Notes under the pieces: model-generated
Told to the model about the DNA's origin: nothing
Database searches by the model: none
What the model saw: the letters and a program-made list of their open reading frames with translations, nothing else
Position numbers and translations under genes: made by a program
In this document: piece after piece, positions 58,184 to 63,233 of the stretch
How positions within the stretch are numbered: the first letter of the stretch is position 1
Layout: each line of letters begins with the position of its first letter
DNA from: Candidatus Hydrogenedentota bacterium
GTDB taxonomy: Bacteria; Hydrogenedentota; Hydrogenedentia; Hydrogenedentales; SLHB01
Assembly (NCBI GenBank): GCA_045863335.1
Contig: BTVY01000044.1
Coordinates: 1-63,233 of the forward strand
Length of the DNA stretch: 63,233 nt
Reading direction: 5' to 3'

Positions 58184-59236
58184 ATGAACGCTACCCTCGG
58201 TGAGATCGCGGCCCTCGTTAAAGGCACCGTGGTCGGGGACAGTTCCGTTCGTATCACAGGCCTGAACGGGATTCGGGAGGCCGTGAGCGGCGAGTTAACC
58301 TTCGTTTCGGACCGGAAGTACCTTCCCTACCTGGAAACGACGTCCGCAACCGCGGTCGTGGTCTCCCGCGATGTTTCTGTCGCAGGCAAACCGCTGATCC
58401 AGGTCGACGATCCGCGCCAGGCGATGCTCGCCATCCTCCTGGAGGTGCAGTCGGAACAGCAAGCCGTATTGGCCGGAACGGATCCGACCGCGTGGATCGC
58501 GCCGACGGCGAAAATTGGCGTCGGCGCGGCCATCGGACCCAACGTGGTCATCGAGGACGGTGCAACGATAGGCGATTCCGTGAGCTTGCATTCTGGCTGT
58601 TTCATTGGGAGGGGTTCCCGTATCGGTCCGGGTTCGGTGCTGTATCCCAATGTAACGGTGCGCGAAAGGGTTACCGTGGGTGCCCGGTGCGTGATCCACA
58701 GCGGGGCTGTAATCGGTTCTGACGGGTTCGGCTTTGCCCAACATGGGAAACGGCAGATTAAGATCCCCCAAGTGGGTACCGTGAACGTCGGAGATGACGT
58801 GGAGATTGGCGCCAATACCGCTATCGACCGGGCGACCTTCGGCGTTACGGTCATTGGGGATGGTACGAAAATTGACAACCTCGTACAGATCGGACACAAT
58901 GTACGAATCGGTACGAATTGCATTATATGCGGAAATGCGGGGATCGCAGGAAGCACCGTACTCGGCAACAATGTTACGATTGGGGCTGGGTCCGGCGTTG
59001 CCGGTCACATCGAACTCGCCGACGGGGTAGTCGTTGCCGCATATAGCGGGGTTACGAAGTCGATGCCGGCAGGCGCGGTTGTATTTGGATACCCCGCGTT
59101 GGAAATTGAACGAGGGCGCCGCATGCAAGGTGCCCTGCGCCAGCTTCCCGAGGCGCTTCGCCGCCTCAAGTCTCTCGAGGAGCGCTGCGCGCAATTGGAA
59201 GGCCTTTTGAATGGAAAACCAGAAGACGATCGCTAA
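58184..59236 (+). CDS. lpxD: UDP-3-O-(3-hydroxyacyl)glucosamine N-acyltransferase
   Basis: Hexapeptide repeats, [25 protein letters not shown]. Confidence 0.95.
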   Translation: MNATLGEIAALVKGTVVGDSSVRITGLNGIREAVSGELTFVSDRKYLPYLETTSATAVVVSRDVSVAGKPLIQVDDPRQAMLAILLEVQSEQQAVLAGTDPTAWIAPTAKIGVGAAIGPNVVIEDGATIGDSVSLHSGCFIGRGSRIGPGSVLYPNVTVRERVTVGARCVIHSGAVIGSDGFGFAQHGKRQIKIPQVGTVNVGDDVEIGANTAIDRATFGVTVIGDGTKIDNLVQIGHNVRIGTNCIICGNAGIAGSTVLGNNVTIGAGSGVAGHIELADGVVVAAYSGVTKSMPAGAVVFGYPALEIERGRRMQGALRQLPEALRRLKSLEERCAQLEGLLNGKPEDDR

Positions 59237-60554
59237 AGAAGCGTCTTTTTCCGGAATCGGACTACACACCGGAAACCTTACGACGATCACGTTCAAACCG
59301 GCGCCGCCCAACAGCGGCATCACCTTTCACCGGATCGACCTTCCGGATAAGCCCGCCATTAAGGCGGACGTGGACAACGTCGTCGATGTCACCTATGGCA
59401 CCACGATCGGCATCAACGGGGTGAAGGTCCACACGGTGGAACACGTTCTCGCCGCCATCGCCGGGCTGGGCGTGGATAACCTCAACATCGAGGTCGACGC
59501 GAGCGAAACACCGGTCGGCGACGGTAGCTCTGTGCCCTTCATGAACACGCTCCAGAAGGCGGGCGTGGTCGAACAGGATGCGGAGCGCAAGTTCATCCAG
59601 ATCAAGCAGCCCGTCTACTACAAGAACGACGACGTGACGCTCAGCGTTCTGCCGTCGGATGAACTTCGCATTACCATGACGATCGCCTTCGACCACGTCG
59701 CCATCGGCACGCAGTACGCTTCCTTCGTCATCACGCCGGAGACCTTTGCGAAGGACATCGCGCCCGCCCGTACCTTCGGGTTCTTGCGCGACGCCAAGAT
59801 GCTCCAGGAACAGGGCCTCATCAAGGGCGTCAGCCTGGAGAATGCGGTCGCCATCGGCGATGAGTCCATCCTCAACGAAGACCTGCGATTCCCCGACGAA
59901 TTCGTCCGCCACAAGATCCTCGACCTCCTGGGGGACATGTATCTGTTGGGCCGCCCCGTCAAGGGCCACGTGATCGGTGTCAAGTCGGGCCACGCATCGC
60001 ACGTGAAGTTCGGGCAGGAAGTAAAGAAGAGCTTGCTCAACGGCCGCGCCAAACGCGACGACTCGGCTTCCGTCACCAGGATGCCGTCTGTGCTGGACGT
60101 GAACATGATCATGAAGGTGCTCCCGCACCGCTTCCCCTTCCTCCTCGTCGACCGAATCCTCTCCTATGTGCCCTTCGAGCGGGTCGTCGGAATCAAGAAC
60201 GTCACCGTTAACGAGCCGTTCTTTCAGGGCCACTGGCCCTCCATGCCGGTGATGCCCGGCGTGCTCATTATCGAAAGCATGGCGCAGGTAAGTTCGGTGC
60301 TGATTTTTCACGACAACGCCTTGCCCGGTAAGGTTGCCATTTTCCTCGGCATCGACCGCGCCAAGTTCCGGCGCACCGTCGTGCCCGGCGATCAACTCAT
60401 TCTCGAAGCCGAAATGACCCAGATGCGGCGCAATGCGTGCAAGGTCCGCGCCTGCGCCAAGATAGGCGACTCCATCGTTGCCGAAGCGGATATGCTTTTC
60501 GGACTGATGGATGCGCCACTCCTTCAGGGAAATCGCGCGGCCGAAACCGCGTAA
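59211..60554 (+). CDS. lpxC/fabZ: Bifunctional LpxC deacetylase / FabZ dehydratase
   Basis: [29 protein letters not shown]; then [26 protein letters not shown]. Confidence 0.95.
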   Translation: MENQKTIAKEASFSGIGLHTGNLTTITFKPAPPNSGITFHRIDLPDKPAIKADVDNVVDVTYGTTIGINGVKVHTVEHVLAAIAGLGVDNLNIEVDASETPVGDGSSVPFMNTLQKAGVVEQDAERKFIQIKQPVYYKNDDVTLSVLPSDELRITMTIAFDHVAIGTQYASFVITPETFAKDIAPARTFGFLRDAKMLQEQGLIKGVSLENAVAIGDESILNEDLRFPDEFVRHKILDLLGDMYLLGRPVKGHVIGVKSGHASHVKFGQEVKKSLLNGRAKRDDSASVTRMPSVLDVNMIMKVLPHRFPFLLVDRILSYVPFERVVGIKNVTVNEPFFQGHWPSMPVMPGVLIIESMAQVSSVLIFHDNALPGKVAIFLGIDRAKFRRTVVPGDQLILEAEMTQMRRNACKVRACAKIGDSIVAEADMLFGLMDAPLLQGNRAAETA

Positions 60555-60675
60555 GTCCGCGTTCTGCCCGAGCCCGGATTGACCGCCCGCTCCCGGCTAT
60601 CCCATACTGATCGTGCCAGTCCTTTGGAAAGCCGTGGTCCTACCGTCTCGTGACGTTCGAGAAAGGAGTGCACCT

Positions 60676-61680
60676 ATGCCTAGAGATAGTCGACGCAGCA
60701 CCCGCCGCGAGTTCATCCAGCAAACCGCAGCCGGCGTTACTATTGCCAGTCTCGCGCCTTCCGCATGGACCGCCGTTGCCAATGGTGAGATGCCCATGCG
60801 CGACTTTGGAAACACGGGGGAGAAAGTCTCCGCGCTCGGCGTGGGCGGCCATGCCATCGGCCAGATCAAAGACGATCAGGAATCCGTCGATTTCATTCGC
60901 GAAGCGATTGACCTGGGTGCCACGTTTCTCGACAACGCCTGGGAGTACCACGGGGGCCGCGCGGAAGAACTCATGGGCCGCGCCCTTCGCGACGGCTATC
61001 GCAACAAGGCCTTCCTGATGACGAAGCATCATGGCCGCAGTGAGAAAGCCATGGCCATGGAGCACCTGGAAGACAGTCTGCGCCGGCTCGAGACGGATGT
61101 GATTGACCTGTGGCAGTTTCACGAGGTCGTGTATGACGACGACCCGGACATGATCTTCAGCAAAGGCGGCGCCATCGAGGCCGCCGACGAAGCGAAGCAG
61201 CAGGGCAAGGTGCGCTACATCGGATTCACGGGGCACAAGGATCCCGCTATCTTCAAGAAGATGCTCGACCACGACTACAAGTGGGACGCGGTGCAGATGC
61301 CGGTGAACGTAATGGACCCCCATTACCGGAGCTTCATCAACGAAATCCTGCCCATCTTGAACGAAAGGGGAATCGCTCCCATCGCGATGAAAACCATGGG
61401 CGGGGGCCACATCCTGCGCGCGAACGTCGTCGAACCGAAGGAAGCCTTGCGATTCGCGTGGAGCCAGCCCATTGCGACGCTCGTATCTGGCATGAGTTCA
61501 CGGGACATCCTGCACCAGAACGTTGAGTTGGCGCAGTCATTCGAGCCCATGAACGAGGAAGAGCAAGTCGCGCTACTGGAGCGGACCAAGTCCTTCGCAG
61601 TGGCAGGCGAGTTTGAACCCTTCAAGTCGACCAACGGGTACGATGGACCGGTCGGCCGGAAAATCCATGGAATCGCCTAG
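60676..61680 (+). CDS. Tat-exported aldo/keto reductase
   Basis: TRREFI; FLDNAWEY, MTK, QFHE, GFTGH; AAAGGAG RBS. Confidence 0.9.
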   Translation: MPRDSRRSTRREFIQQTAAGVTIASLAPSAWTAVANGEMPMRDFGNTGEKVSALGVGGHAIGQIKDDQESVDFIREAIDLGATFLDNAWEYHGGRAEELMGRALRDGYRNKAFLMTKHHGRSEKAMAMEHLEDSLRRLETDVIDLWQFHEVVYDDDPDMIFSKGGAIEAADEAKQQGKVRYIGFTGHKDPAIFKKMLDHDYKWDAVQMPVNVMDPHYRSFINEILPILNERGIAPIAMKTMGGGHILRANVVEPKEALRFAWSQPIATLVSGMSSRDILHQNVELAQSFEPMNEEEQVALLERTKSFAVAGEFEPFKSTNGYDGPVGRKIHGIA

Positions 61681-61707
61681 TCCGGAGGACAAACTGCGCG
61701 CGTGGGG

Positions 61708-62814
61708 CTACCGGCGCCGGAACCGGAAGGGCCGTCTGCGCCGTTCCCCGGAGAACCGCGCGACGGGCACCGAAGCTTCCTCACCCCTTGCCGACGAAGG
61801 CAGCAACTCCCGATCGCGATGCCCAAGCGGATCACCGTTGCTTTCCAAATATGCCGGCTCCGGCGAGTTCCGCACGAACTCCGGCCCCTCGGAAAGGTGC
61901 GCGGGCGACGTAGCCCACGCAGGCCGCGCAACGGAGCGGGGCGCCTTGTTGGGGATCAGGCTGTATCCGATGATGTCCCCCAAGTCCAGCAGGAACGCCA
62001 GGAAGAGAATCAGCACCTCCATGGGGCCGACGTTCCGAAAGTCGAAAAGCTTTTCGAACACCATCATGAACGGCATATCCTGCTTCACCACAGGAGGAAG
62101 CGCCACGCCGGCCTGCGCACCCAGATCCTTCACCTTTACGCGCAATTGCTCCTGCAAGTGGTGGATATCGGCGAGATCGGTGATCTGGGTCGAAGCGAGA
62201 AGCGCGTCTGCTTCCTTTTTGGTGGCAAGGGCTTCGTTGATGGACTCAATCTCGACTTCCGCCTCCTTGGTCAGCAGCGTCAGCTCGTAGTCTTCCTTGC
62301 GCGCCTCAGAGCCGTACCCCGCCGGCCGCTCACGCAAACCGCGAATCTCCGACTCCAGCTCGCCCTCCTGTTTGGCGACCAGCTTGAGAAGCTCCTCTCT
62401 GCGCGTGCCCAGTTTCGCCTGCACGTCCGCCAGATAGGTCTCGTAGACGCTCCGCATGTTCTGGTCGGACTGCCGCAGGAAGAACTCCTTGTCAGCAGTG
62501 CGATACAGCACGTCCATGTTAAAGCAGATCGAAATAAAGGCAATGATGGTAAGGCCGAGGATGCCCATGACACTCAGGCGCTTTTGGCCGTCGATAATGG
62601 CCAACTTCAGGCCGAACAGCATCAAACCGATGGCCACGGAGAGGAGCAGGGCCATGGTGGCGCAGTCCTCCCAGACCATGCCGCCGCCCAGGGGAATGTC
62701 AAACGCGGGGCCCGGAAGGATGGAGTCGCTCAGACTCTTGTAGGTGGTCCACATGGATACGATGGTGAACAGGACCATCGCGCAATAGAGTGCTGCTCGT
62801 GTTGAACCCTTCAT
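61708..62814 (-). CDS. Hypothetical membrane protein (3 TM + coiled coil + TM)
   Basis: Start reassigned to MKGSTR at 62814; three N-terminal hydrophobic helices, long coiled coil, one C-terminal TM helix. Confidence 0.75.
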   Translation of the reverse strand: MKGSTRAALYCAMVLFTIVSMWTTYKSLSDSILPGPAFDIPLGGGMVWEDCATMALLLSVAIGLMLFGLKLAIIDGQKRLSVMGILGLTIIAFISICFNMDVLYRTADKEFFLRQSDQNMRSVYETYLADVQAKLGTRREELLKLVAKQEGELESEIRGLRERPAGYGSEARKEDYELTLLTKEAEVEIESINEALATKKEADALLASTQITDLADIHHLQEQLRVKVKDLGAQAGVALPPVVKQDMPFMMVFEKLFDFRNVGPMEVLILFLAFLLDLGDIIGYSLIPNKAPRSVARPAWATSPAHLSEGPEFVRNSPEPAYLESNGDPLGHRDRELLPSSARGEEASVPVARFSGERRRRPFRFRRR

Positions 62815-63049
62815 GAACGTCTCCCAAGGCGCCTCGTTGGCAGAATCGGAATGGCGGGGTATGGAAATGTCCCTGCATCGGCTCAAGTGGCAGAACCCAC
62901 ACCCACGATTTTCACGCCGTAAACGGTCCGCATCCCGTTTTCTGGCGGTCCTTATGTTATACACCGAGTGGCGATGAAGTTCCAAGGAAGGCAAATGGGG
63001 CTCGGGGGTTAGGATGCCGTAGGACCCACGTTGGGCGTCGGCGGAAGCC

Positions 63050-63092
63050 AAATCCGAAATCCGAAGCAAATTCGAATGACCGAAATTCAAAA
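63050..63092 (+). repeat. Degenerate heptamer (AAATCCG-like) tandem repeat
   Basis: AAATCCG AAATCCG AAGC AAATTCG AATGACCG AAATTCA; same family as 8942-8993. Confidence 0.7.
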
Positions 63093-63199
63093 GGGGGGAT
63101 TGCCGTCCTTGCGCGAGGTTTGCCGGGAGATTTAATTGCTCCGGACGCTGGGTTCTCCGTAACTCATTGTGCATCAATAGCGGCGGTATTGCCACTGTA

Positions 63200-63233
63200 A
63201 TCGCTATCGCTATCGGTATCGGTATCGGTATCG
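63200..63233 (+). repeat. Hexamer tandem repeat (ATCGST)n, cut by the window end
   Basis: ATCGCT ATCGCT ATCGGT ATCGGT ATCGGT ATCG. Confidence 0.8.

Noticed and set aside
1-63233. tRNA, rRNA, transposase or integrase genes
   Set aside because: None recognised by eye on either strand.

Overview
High-GC (roughly 60-65%) window from a diderm bacterium. The gene content (many secreted glycan-active and propeller proteins, mcsA-mcsB-clpC next to bamA-skp-lpxD-lpxC/fabZ) is compatible with Candidatus Hydrogenedentota or a PVC/FCB-like lineage, but this is inference only. Housekeeping blocks are purM-purL-purQ, a LysR regulator, an RND efflux pair, and mcsA-mcsB-clpC-bamA-skp-lpxD-lpxC/fabZ. Accessory genes include hydrolases, lipoproteins, TPR proteins, several toxin-antitoxin modules and REP-like palindromes. 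The standout is a ~6 kb locus (37.2-43.4 kb) in which a thermolysin-family (M4) metallopeptidase gene is followed by 12 tandem, co-oriented, paralogous 57-62 aa peptide genes. Each peptide has a basic leader ending in a P-A-x-A-like motif, usually followed by a hydrophobic residue, and a core with an invariant C-x12/13-C pair. Eight of the peptides form four repeated [RNA hairpin - peptide A - peptide B] units that show signs of gene conversion. The peptidase gene itself has a G8 tract that frameshifts its likely signal peptide, and its catalytic domain has a distinctly lower GC content. I do not recognise this as a described system.
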